Assembly (NCBI GenBank): GCA_002269645.1
Contig: NIVC01004563.1
Span: forward strand, 1-41,910
DNA from: Macrostomum lignano
Taxonomy: Eukaryota
DNA: 41,910 nt
Direction of reading: 5' to 3'
Position 1 is the first letter of the stretch, and each line of letters opens with the position of its first letter. The notes below the pieces were generated by a model. That model worked only from the letters and a program-made list of their open reading frames with translations. It was not told where the DNA came from and made no database searches. The position numbers and the translations under genes are program-made. Shown here one piece after another: positions 12,590-22,403 of the stretch.

Positions 12590-12895
12590 ACTAAGCGACC
12601 AGGTGAGGCTGAGACCTCTTGTCTTCGATTCTCGACCCAATTTGGAACAGTTTGTGTCCTTGAGCAAGAACTTAACTCTGTATTGCTTCAGTTCACCCAG
12701 CTGTAAAATGGGTGCCAGCATTAGCTGGGGTGTGGCGACCCCCCAGTCCTTGGACTGAACAGCCGTACGCAGCCTTCAGATGCACCGGGCAAAGCTGCGG
12801 CTGAGCTGTCGGTTGCACATTTGCCTTTTAGTGCGGATCTAATCAGACAATTATTATTACTATTATTACTATTATATTATCATTACTATTATTAT
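12590..12895 (+). mobile_element. CORE-SINE copy with degenerate tRNA head and (ATT/ACT)n tail
   Basis: B-box remnant CTTCGATTCT ~12624; CORE TGTGTCCTTGAGCAAG...CAGCTGTAAAATGGG at 12653-12712; 3' body shared with the 32.6-kb copy; short-repeat tail 12850-12895. Confidence 0.85.
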
Positions 12896-14210
12896 CTTCA
12901 GCCTAGTTTAACAGACTTATATTCGCATGCATTCATATCTGACGTACATCAGAAGCTGGAGATGCCAAGGCTTCAAGGGGTCTATGATTTTGAGCTAAAT
13001 ACAAAAATCTAAACATTTCTAGAATTATCACTTGTGTTACACACTTTGCCGCTGTGTAAACAATAACACGGCATGGCATTTAGTGTCAGCTATACCAACA
13101 GCAGTGTACATGAGCTAAAGCTATTTAATAACAAGTTGCTCAGGTGAAATGCTGAACAATACTGCAACCCACTCTGCAAAGTCTTTCCTCTCTGTAAGCT
13201 CTGCTTTGAGGTCAATTTTCAAACTGCAGAAAGAAACGTTTAATGTAGAAACTTGTTGTGACAGGATAAAGCAGTCACAGAAAATTTTTCTTGCAAAAAT
13301 TGCTTATTTAATATTAAGCAAATCTTCAAATACAGACTGAAAAGTGTCCATAGTTCATGCCTGTGTGGGAAGCAATGCCTGTTAAATACGATCTAAAATG
13401 ACCCTGCAGACTAATGAATACTGACAGTTATTATAATAATGGCATCTAAAATTCTAAATATGTACAACACATGTTAAAAGTTAAAAGCATATAGATGCCT
13501 ATCAAAGACGTATAGAGACCATGCTGTCAGAACTGTCAGTCACCGATAGAGGCGCTGTCGAAACTTCTTTGCACTAAATGGCAATTTTCAAGCAACCATC
13601 CATAAGATTATAAAATCAAAATACTTGTTAATCGGTAGCAGACAGGCTCAAGCAACCGCATCGCAATTAGAGACAGAAATCTGCTTCACTTGTGGCCCAA
13701 TTCCAGGTGTTTTTCGGTTGTCAAAATTTCGTCTGGGCTATGTGAATAGAAAGTTTCTATTCTCAATTAAATACTCAAATAGAAATTGCAGCACGACGCG
13801 TGCAAGAGGTCAGCGTGAGGAGGGGAGGGGGTGGAATTGAGAATACCCACCTTAAAATGACGACTGGATTCTGGGTTGAGTTTGCTCATTCTGGTTGCGG
13901 CGAGGGGGGGGGCTTGGACTGTCGAACCAGATGAGCTGAGGAGGGGCGAGGGGGCACGGCTCTCTTTCACATTGCGGCGGGCACAATGCGTACGGCGGAG
14001 CAGTGCACACGGGGGCTCATATTATTAAATTTGGAATCTCTCATAAACCGGTATGGGTCGCATGCGGGCACACAAGCAAACGCATCCATTGGGTCAGAAC
14101 TGGGTCCTCTCGGTGCTTTGCTTCTCCGATTATATATAATTTCGGAAGCCCAACAGGCAGTCGAGATTCGCTGCGCAGAGTCTTCAGCCGCGATCAGCAG
14201 AGCAGGCACC

Positions 14211-14354
14211 ATGTCGGAGCGAGAATCTGCTGCAGCGAAAGCGCCGAACCGATGTCTCCTTGTGTTGAAGACGTTGCTGCGTCATCGGGCAGTGATTGCC
14301 ACCTTTCTGGTGCCGTTGGCTCTCCTGCCGCTCATCTTCTATGTTGGAACCAAG
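14211..14354 (+). CDS. SLC13A: SLC13/Indy-type Na+-coupled di/tricarboxylate (or sulfate) transporter, exon 1 of 9
   Basis: GCACC ATG; MSERES...FLVPLALLPLIFYVGTK; donor AAG|GT at 14355. Nine exons join in frame to 2112 nt (703 aa + stop). Confidence 0.88.
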
Positions 14355-14760
14355 GTTTGCACTAGTTGTGTAATAATTCTTTGCTTTGCCATTTGCTTTG
14401 CTGCGAGATTGTTTACTCGGCTATACTGGCGAATATTGCGTAACCATCTGCTTATGCTCGATGAGTTTGAGACCGGTGTTTGGCTAGCTGCATTTCAGAA
14501 GGTGCTCTCTATTTATTTAATGTCAAATTATGATTCATGGACGCCATCTTAGAAGATGTCAGGGCGCCACCTTTAGGCGTATTTTCATTAAGCGTTACCT
14601 TGGATGATGTGTGAATTTATGGTGGTGTGAACGATCTTTTAGACGTCAGGGGTGCACCTTTTGGATGCCATATAAGACATCAGATAGTTTACTATCTTCG
14701 CATCTGTGGTTCCACTATTTAGAGTAGTAGCTTCAAGCCTTTCCAATTTCTCGATTTCAG

Positions 14761-14910
14761 GAGGCCAAAGCCGCATTTGTAATCATCACGATGTCGTTCT
14801 ATTGGAACTTCGAAGTTGTTCCGCTGGGAATCACGGCCCTGCTGCCCGTGGTGCTGGTGCCAGCGCTTGGCATCATGCCTAGCAGAGACATCTGCCCGGC
14901 CTATTTTAAG
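14761..14910 (+). CDS. SLC13A: SLC13 transporter exon 2
   Basis: TTTCAG| EAKAAFVIITMSFYWNFEVVPLGITALLPVVLVPALGIMPSRDICPAYFK |GT; typical SLC13 N-terminal segment. Confidence 0.93.
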
Positions 14911-15120
14911 GTTTTGAAATGTACTTTTGAAATTTAAAAGAAATAATCGAATTTTTAAAAACCGAATTTTAGAGCCAACGTGCCTGACTCTCGTCCCAAA
15001 GGCTCTTCTTGAATTCGAAACCACTTTTAGCCTTCTTATGTAATTTTGGAATTTGTGCACGGAGACTTCACGCAACTCAAGCCCCCAAGGGTCAACCACA
15101 AAGGCACAGACTGTGTGTAC

Positions 15121-15205
15121 TGCTCACACAGGGTGTACATCGGCCCCGCCTTTCTAATCATCGAGCATGGGTGTGAATCGCACGACAAAAACCCTCTGCT
15201 CCCCA
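15121..15205 (+). repeat. Dispersed repeat family B, copy 2 (SLC13 intron 2)
   Basis: GCTCACACAGGGTGTACATCGGCCCCGCCTTTCTAATCATCGAGCATG resembles the other three copies. Confidence 0.6.
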
Positions 15206-15241
15206 AGTAACTATAATTGTCTTTTTCCTATCCTATTCTAG

Positions 15242-15357
15242 GACTCAAACATGCTGTTCCTCGGCGGCCTAATTCTAGCAGTTTCCATCGAGATCTGGGA
15301 TCTTCATAAGAGAGTTGCGCTCAAAGTTCTGCTGCTGTGCGGCGTGCAGCCCAGATG
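15242..15357 (+). CDS. SLC13A: SLC13 transporter exon 3
   Basis: CTAG| [38 protein letters not shown](W) |GTGAGT; matches the FLGG...LHKRIAL motif. Confidence 0.95.
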
Positions 15358-16480
15358 GTGAGTCACCGGGTCGACAATCAGTCGGAATACAATGTACAGG
15401 ACTGGTCCAGAAAAGTCTGCCGGCTGACAAATCGAGTTTTCTCTGCACTTAGGTGGATGAATTAAGCTGAAACGTGACCTGCTGAAGCCTTGTGTTCTGA
15501 TGGATGGTGTTTATTACTTAAAAATCTTGGTAATTTCCGGGTTTTAGCCGTGTTTATCACAGTTGTATCCATCTGCTATGAAAGCTGTCAGTCACTGCTC
15601 AACATGATGGCCCTTGTTGTCTGTGTAAGTCTGCCTGAGGGCTTATTCAAACTTCTTAAAGCCAGGATGCCATTTCGAATCTCTCAACTGGCGTGTCAAC
15701 CATGGAGCTGAAATGCAGTGTAGTTACGTCAGTTAGTGAAGCGGGTGTTTTTTCTAAGAAAACTTCATGCTTTTTGAAGCAAGCAGCAAGATTATAAAGT
15801 AAAGAATATCATCAGAACACAAGGTTGAAGCAGGTCAACTTTCTGCCCAATCTAAATCGACCAAGCAAGTTCAGAGAAAACTCGGTTTTGTTATCCAGGA
15901 GACCATTCCGGATCACCCTATAAATAAAAACAGTTAGTTAAATTTTAACAGAAGCAGCGCACATCAAATTAGACATCCTTGACAATGTTGACATGCACCA
16001 ATCTTCTAAATATGAGCTCTGCAGGACCTTCTCCAAATTCCAACCGTTTAATTTAGCAAGTTTACGACAAATATTCTCTTTGATAATGTCTATTGACTCG
16101 CATTTCAATTAGTGCTTAACTTAAATCAGGACCTTTGTGTGTCTTAAAAGGGTCCCTGCTTTTTACCTGCTTTGGTTTGTGAAGTTCGGTGTTAGGAATG
16201 AAAAGCTAGAACTGATTGTTCTCGTAAAGAGCCAGAGCAGTGTTTCAAAAAAGCAATCGCTCGAGTCTCATAGTCTGGAGAACTGGTCTGAACCGCTTCT
16301 CTCTCAGGCCGTCTCCCAGACTAGAAAATGCCAGCTTTTATCAATTATATTGTAGTTATAAGCTCAAGTCTTTCACATAAAAACTATTCTTTTAAAAAGT
16401 AGACTCCGACACTTAAAAGCGTCTTTTATACTTATACAAGTGCTTTTAGTTTTCTTTTGTCAGCAGTCAGCAGCGAGACC

Positions 16481-16540
16481 CTAGAGATATCTAGAGATAC
16501 TAGAGATATCTAGAGATAGTTACTAGAGATATCTCAAGAT
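16481..16540. repeat. 10-bp tandem repeat CTAGAGATAT in SLC13 intron 3
   Basis: About six imperfect copies. Confidence 0.8.
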
Positions 16541-16899
16541 TTTTTTAAACAGAAATACGAGCGTAGATAAAGTACCTTAACTTAATAAGTTTATAATAGC
16601 GAGTTTTTAATTTTGAACTGCACATAATCAGTTCCTAATCTCAGAAAGCAGAGATATCAAATCCTTAATGTTTGAGCAGGTGTTTTTTACGTTTGACTTT
16701 CTGATGTAACGCCCAGCGAAGGATTTTGACTTTCAAAGAATCAAAGTACAGTATATACTCGTATATAACAATGGTGCAAGTTTTCGGTCAAATTTAGCGA
16801 CATTAAATATCAGTTACGCCGACTTTCAAAATACTCAGGCTGTTCTCATATTTGTCAAATCTCCAACTCAAATTGATGATGCCCAAAACTCACTGGCAG

Positions 16900-17643
16900 G
16901 CTTCTGTTTGGCTTCCTCATTCCCACTTGGATTCTGTCGATGTGGATCTCCAACACCGCCACGGTGGCCATGATGCTCCCCATAGCGGAGGCCGTGCTGG
17001 TGGAGCTGCGCAAGCACTACCAAGCCGCGCATTCCAGGCACTCTCACCAGCGCCGTCATAGCAACGCTTTAGACGTTGAAACGGCAGCCAAAATGTCAGA
17101 GGGGCGCCGAGATTTCGAGGGGGGTGCCGTGGAGACTGGCGCAGTGAATCCCGCCTTCGAAATGTCGGCCGCTTCGTCGAGCAGCGACCAGACAACGGTC
17201 GCGTCTGGAATCGGCAATCACGATGCTGGCTGTGGCGACAAAGACTTCGCACCAGAGAGCGACGTCGAGGGACAGACAGCTAAAGAGTTGGACGACGACG
17301 AAATCGTTGCCGAAGATCGGCACGTGGATGCGGAGATTGATTCGGCGCACGACGTCGACATGCGCGTGCCCATGAAAGAGTTCATTGCCGACAAGCGCAA
17401 CGCCGAGTTTGCCAACATCTGCCGCATGCTGATGCTCTCCGTGTCCTACGGCGCCGTGTTCGGCGGGGTCGCCACCCTGACCGGCACGGCTCCTAACGTA
17501 ATCTTGAACGGCATCGTGGCCGAATACTTCGGCTCGGAGACGTCGCTAAACTACAGCAGCTGGTTGTTCTATGGTCTGCCGCTGGCCGTTGTAACTCTGC
17601 TCATCGCTTGGGTTTGGCTGCAGATCAGCTTTTTGGGGTTCAG
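16900..17643 (+). CDS. SLC13A: SLC13 transporter exon 4 (first SNT motif, long acidic loop, GGVATLTGTAPN)
   Basis: GGCAG|G CTT: LLFGFLIPTWILSMWISNTATVAMMLPIAEAV...YGAVFGGVATLTGTAPNVIL...WVWLQISFLGF; donor AG|GT at 17644. Confidence 0.95.
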
Positions 17644-17898
17644 GTTCGTGTTTATTCTGCTTTAGCTAGCAATGATTGAGCATTGATTAGTCAGTCATGC
17701 GAGAGTATGCAGGGGTAACCCTGTGTGGCAAAGCCCACACTTGCACATGATTTACAGCAGCCCTGACATGCGCACTTTTAGTCCTGTAAAACAATAAAAC
17801 CACGTCGCTCTGTCTATACTTCACAATCATAAATATCGGTACGTACTTGTTCATGCCCCATGGACTAACTAGCTACAACTCTTCAAACACTCATCCAG

Positions 17899-17991
17899 GA
17901 GCTTTGTGCGACCGAACACCTTGCCAAAAAGTGACGAGGAGCGAATCAAGGCGACACTGCGCAGGGAGTATCAGAAACTCGGGCCTATCTC
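17899..17991 (+). CDS. SLC13A: SLC13 transporter exon 5
   Basis: CATCCAG| (R)SFVRPNTLPKSDEERIKATLRREYQKLGPIS |GTGAGT; phase 2-2 fits neighbours; CTAAC branch site ~30 nt upstream. Confidence 0.85.
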
Positions 17992-18078
17992 GTGAGTAAA
18001 GTATCATCAAGTCGATGCTTAATTCGATCTGGTAGTGAACCCCAATAACCTCATGTCGAACTATAAACCTCGTGACAG

Positions 18079-18502
18079 GTACGCTGAAGTGAACGTCATT
18101 CTGCTCTTTGTGCTTACCATCTGTCTCTGGATCAGCCGGGAGCCCGGAGTTCGCGGCTGGTCGGCCCTTTTCCTCGGCCCGGACCCTAAAAACACGAGCA
18201 ACACCATGTCCTTCACTAGCGACGCTCAGCCAGTCATCCTATCGGCCATACTTCTCTTCTTCCTGCCGTCCAAGAATCCCTTTAGCTGCTGCACCTGCAA
18301 GTGCCCACAGCGCTGTGGCAAATCGTCCAGTCGTAGACGGAGACGCACCTATTCCCGCGAAGTCACGGTTGAGCCGAACCTGATTGTGCAGATTGACGAC
18401 CGACCGGACAGGATGATGACCTGGCGGTTGATGCAGGAACGAGTAGCCTGGAACATTGTGCTCATGCTGGGCGCTGGATTCGCTCTGGCTGACACTTCAA
18501 GG
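18079..18502 (+). CDS. SLC13A: SLC13 transporter exon 6
   Basis: GACAG| YAEVNVILLF...LWISREPG...WNIVLMLGAGFALADTSR |GTTGGT. Confidence 0.92.
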
Positions 18503-18552
18503 GTTGGTTGGTTTCTGCAGCACAAGTGCTGTAGTATTCAGTGACGTTCATC

Positions 18553-18600
18553 CAAGGACCACTAGAAGTTACCGTTAACGGTAACTTCTAGTGGTCCTTG
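18553..18600. mobile_element. Minimal 48-bp perfectly palindromic non-autonomous DNA transposon (hAT-like) with 8-bp TSD
   Basis: CAAGGACCACTAGAAGTTACCGTT|AACGGTAACTTCTAGTGGTCCTTG flanked by CGTTCATC at 18545-18552 and 18601-18608. Confidence 0.85.
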
Positions 18601-18685
18601 CGTTCATCATCAGACATCCTTGCTAATAATAATATAACTCATCACCTGAGTTTCTTTCTTACTGACTTGATATATTCATTCACAG

Positions 18686-18847
18686 GTGTCGGGTTTGTCA
18701 GACTGGATTGGTCAGCAACTGTTGCACCTGAAAGTTGTACCTTTGGAGGCTCTGATCTTCATCTTCTGCCTGTTCTCCGCTCTGCTGACGGAGTGGACTT
18801 CAAACGGCACGGCCGCAACTATATTGCTGCCTATCTTGGCCAGCTTT
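18686..18847 (+). CDS. SLC13A: SLC13 transporter exon 7 (second SN motif)
   Basis: CACAG| VSGLSDWIGQQL...LLTEWTSNGTAATILLPILASF |GTAAGT. Confidence 0.95.
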
Positions 18848-19007
18848 GTAAGTACATTGTGTACATCCGCACATGTACTTATCGGTTGTAGTATGAGTTC
18901 AATAGTGAACAGGTGTCCTAGAATATGGAATATGGCGCCGAAATCCTAACCCTACATGCATGTAAGCTTGTCTGTGTAAATATCTGTATATGCTCGCTTA
19001 ATTGCAG

Positions 19008-19145
19008 AGCCAAAACATCGGCGTGCACCCGTTCTACCTGATGCTTTCGTCCACCGCTTCGTGCTCATTCGCCTTCATTCTGCCGATTTCTACGCCGGCA
19101 AATATTCTGGTGTTCTCCAGGGGCTACCTGAGGGCCGTGGATATG
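19008..19145 (+). CDS. SLC13A: SLC13 transporter exon 8
   Basis: TTGCAG| SQNIGVHPFYLMLSSTASCSFAFILPISTPANILVFSRGYLRAVDM |GTAAGC. Confidence 0.93.
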
Positions 19146-19418
19146 GTAAGCCTAGCTAGCTATTGCCTACAATGACAATATGGCCAAATTACTTAAACAC
19201 CTCGTACTGCAGCAAAGAAAACGTAATCAGTGAAGCAACAAAGGACAACAAGTCCCATCTAGCTAGTCACGGTGTATTAATAAGTTGTTATTACCGAAAC
19301 TGTCTCTGCAGTTGTCGTGCTAAATGACCTACAAATGTACAAGACTTTGATTCAGAGACCAATAGGGGTTGTTAACTGTGTTTCAATTTCAAGAAAATTA
19401 AACAATTCTATATTCTAG

Positions 19419-19559
19419 TTGAGAACCGGCGTCGTCATGTGGCTGCTTAGCAACTCCTTGGTTGCCGTGGCAACGATTAGCTACGCTCCGGCCATCTTCG
19501 GACTCCGTGAACTGCCACCTTGGGCGGTGAGAAATGTCACCGCGTCGGCTACCGCTTAA
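19419..19559 (+). CDS. SLC13A: SLC13 transporter exon 9 (terminal)
   Basis: TTCTAG| LRTGVVMWLL...IFGLRELPPWAVRNVTASATA TAA; typical F..P.WA C-terminus. Confidence 0.93.
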   Translation: MRTGVVMWLLSNSLVAVATISYAPAIFGLRELPPWAVRNVTASATA

Positions 19560-20916
19560 TTAAAAAAAATTGAGTTTGTTGTCACAGCTGTCCCAGCAGC
19601 AGCGAGTCTGCTGCGATCTTTATACTTTAAATGAAACTCATTTAAAAGCTACCGATATACCATCATCCTGCTCGAGTGAGGTATTTCAAGCCTTATAAGC
19701 ATAGGTGATGAACAACACTGTCTCTAAGTCTGAATAACCGAATCTTTGATTTTATCATCTCTGATAATTGCATGCTGATCTCATGGTCTCACTTGACTAA
19801 ACTATTTGCCATTATTAGGCAAAGAAAACACATTTACATGTATATGAAGCCAGTTTTTTATCATTTGAGTTTCGGGCGTAACAGTTCAAACAAAAATCTT
19901 TTTATCGAGGCCTGAGAATTCAACTGACGTTGTTTTTATACTTTTGACAAGTAAAACCTTTTTTTTCAAAAATTAGGGAATGTCTTTTGAAAAGGCGAAT
20001 TATACGCGTGATTACTTTCTCTAAAAATTATATAGTGCCTTGTGCCTTATTAATTTGTGCCTTAAGTTATAGCTAAATGCATTAACTTGTACTAAATTAA
20101 TAGAGCACGTGCACTGTTTAGTCAGTAAATTTATTTACCCTTACATATAGTAGCTGTTACCTGTTAGTTTTTATATACAAGCTTTCAATCCCACCTTTGT
20201 GGTTTTGTTTTACTTATATTTGTAGATATGAACGTAATTACTACCCTCAACTTAAGTAAAATTCGATCAAATACGTCTGTCAATTAATGTGAATTGTTGT
20301 AAATTCTATTTAATTAATTTAATTCTATTTAATTGTTGTAAATTGTTGTAACTACTGATAGTAGCAAATAACCATTTTTTATGAATGGTTATTTGCTACT
20401 AGCAGTAGTATAATAACCAATAGCTGACGGAAGTTCGAACTTTTTATTTAAAACTTTTTGATTACAAAAATAATAAAAGTATAGCAACAATATACACGAG
20501 CAGATATAGATTTGAAGACCATAAAAATTTCCGATTTTAATATTAGGTAGCTAGATGTACTTCAAGTAAACATATAAGTATAACATCAATGTAAAAAGTT
20601 GATTTATTCAGAATCAACTCGAATCTATCGAATCTAAAAACTTCTTTTACTGCATGAGAACAGCATGAAAGAAAAATACATTAACTACATTATTGTAAAT
20701 ATATAGCCGCTATAGTCAGAATACCCGCCTACTGTGATAGATAAAGTACATGTTTCGTTTCATTAGACACAGTTTATAAGAGAAGCATATATAACCACAG
20801 CAAAGTAAAAATAGGAAAGAGAAACTTTTTAAATGAACTACATTTTTAAAGGTTTCTAAAAAAAAAAAACACTAAATTGTAGGTTTTGTGCTCCCTGAAA
20901 ACTCGAGCGATCGGAA

Positions 20917-21315
20917 TCACTGAATCAGCATTTCAAATTCCATCAGTGAATAATAAAATCCAAAGTTATATTGCCATACAATTCCCACAGCTTAATCTGC
21001 CGCGTTTGGATTTGTCGCATGGCAAGCTTGGTACCACCAACAACCCTTGAATAGAGCACTGCAACTGCCGCCAGCATTCGCGTCCAAATCGAACGTGCTG
21101 AACATCATCCCATTGCTCATTGCCATCATGCTGTCTCCCACAGTCGGGTCGCTGGTGCGAAATCCAGATATGTTCAGCCGAAACTTATCAGCCTCTTTGG
21201 CAACGGAGAAGCTGGAGTTAGTCAACTCGGTACACCGTACCGTTCCACAGCCGCATCCGAATGCGAAGAGCTCGACCAGACAGCCATGAGGTGAGAGAGT
21301 GCATGGTGCGCAGGC
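20917..21315 (-). pseudogene. Fibrinogen-related domain (FReD) pseudogene, terminal exon
   Basis: TTGCAG|GC LRTMHSLTSWLSGRALRIRMRLWNGTVYRVD(Y) +1 nt frameshift at 21218/9, SSFSVAKEADKFRL...GDSM...NGMMFSTFD...CSALFKGCWWYQACHATNPNAAD*AVGIVWQYNFGFYYSLMEFEMLIQ*; in-frame TAA at 20994-20992. Confidence 0.88.
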
Positions 21316-22016
21316 CTGCAAAAATCGATTTAGGTCATTTGTCCTGTACATCAACGAACCATCGTACATGTAATTCCGTATTTTAGATTGTTGCATGACG
21401 ATCTTTATAACTTCGAGGGTTCAGAAAACCAGTAGCTACTGTAATATAGCAATAACTATATATTAGTAGCGCAATCCACCAAGAACTAAATTTATTTAGT
21501 CCAGACAAGGATTTCACCGCCCCAGACGTATAAGTCGTAAAAAAATAGCTCTTGAAAGGTGTCAGAGTTAGGCATAACCAACAATAATCGAATAATTTCC
21601 TAATCTCTTTACGTATTGTTTGCGTGTGTTGGCCCCCCAACATTTCGTATGATAGTTGAACAATCGATAATTTAGGCCCGCCCGATCGCCTCGGTTTACA
21701 TGTACTTCTTTAACAACTTTCACGACCGTTAAAAAACTTTCACTGTCCGCCTGTTGCTACGTTTGCTACGATAAACCGTAAATTTAGCTTCAAGTGTTAG
21801 TTCATTCTGAGTTAACTTGTCCCACCAGCAATTGGACAAGTAACGGATAATATACATGTCACATCAGAAATGTGTTTGTTACACTAACACTGCATCAGAT
21901 TAAGCCTACCTGCAATAATGTATAAAATTACTTATTGACTACATCCTGAGACCAACATAATTAACGAACTATATGTTTAAAAACTTTTACATGCATCATG
22001 CAAGCTCGTACACAAC

Positions 22017-22156
22017 CAGCCAGTGGTTTTCATCTGCCCTTCTCCGAATCCGGCCGCGTACATATGTACTCGCTCCAGTTGCGATGGAAATACGTCAAGT
22101 TGTCAACCCGGCGCTGAATTCTGATCCAACAATCGCTAAACGAGCTCACAAACACC
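22017..22156 (-). pseudogene. FReD pseudogene, upstream exon (5' boundary uncertain)
   Basis: CWIRIQRRVDNLTYFHRNWSEY [8-bp insertion] AAGFGEG [1-nt frameshift] DENHWL(G): the IQRR..F.RNW..Y..GFG...HWLG FReD motif; donor appears to lack one G needed for phase 1. Confidence 0.82.
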
Positions 22157-22216
22157 TGACGCGCATTTCAGATTGGCAAAATTTCATTTTCAATCGAGAG
22201 TCACATATTACAATTA

Positions 22217-22403
22217 GCTCGAAAAGTCACATCGTCGAAAACTGATTTAGAAGCCTGTGATTTAGGCTTAATGACAAGCTCGAAAAGTCATAAGCTCGAA
22301 AAGGGTTAGAGTTAGGGCTTGTGCCTCATAAGGTTAGGGTTTAGGCTTATAAGATAGGGTTAGGGTTGGGGCCTTTAGGGTTAGGATTTAGGGTTAGTAG
22401 GGT
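22217..22403 (+). repeat. Repeat remnant with AGCTCGAAAAG motifs and interstitial TTAGGG-like hexamers
   Basis: AGCTCGAAAAG three times (22217-22302); exact TTAGGG at 22312, 22334, 22360, 22375, 22388 plus variants; CAAGCTCGAAAAG recurs near 31357. Confidence 0.65.

Noticed and set aside
13986-14210. N-terminal extension of SLC13 from ATG 13986
   Set aside because: No SLC13 similarity; ATG 14211 has good context and gives a normal N-terminus.
17871-17873. Alternative SLC13 exon 5 acceptor (CTAACTAG|CTA)
   Set aside because: Phase 0, incompatible with the phase-2 donor at 17644, and too close to the CTAAC branch site.
20992-20994. TAA-to-Tyr codon reassignment or programmed readthrough
   Set aside because: SLC13 in the same window ends normally at TAA, and the FReD locus has independent frameshifts, so pseudogenisation is the simpler reading.
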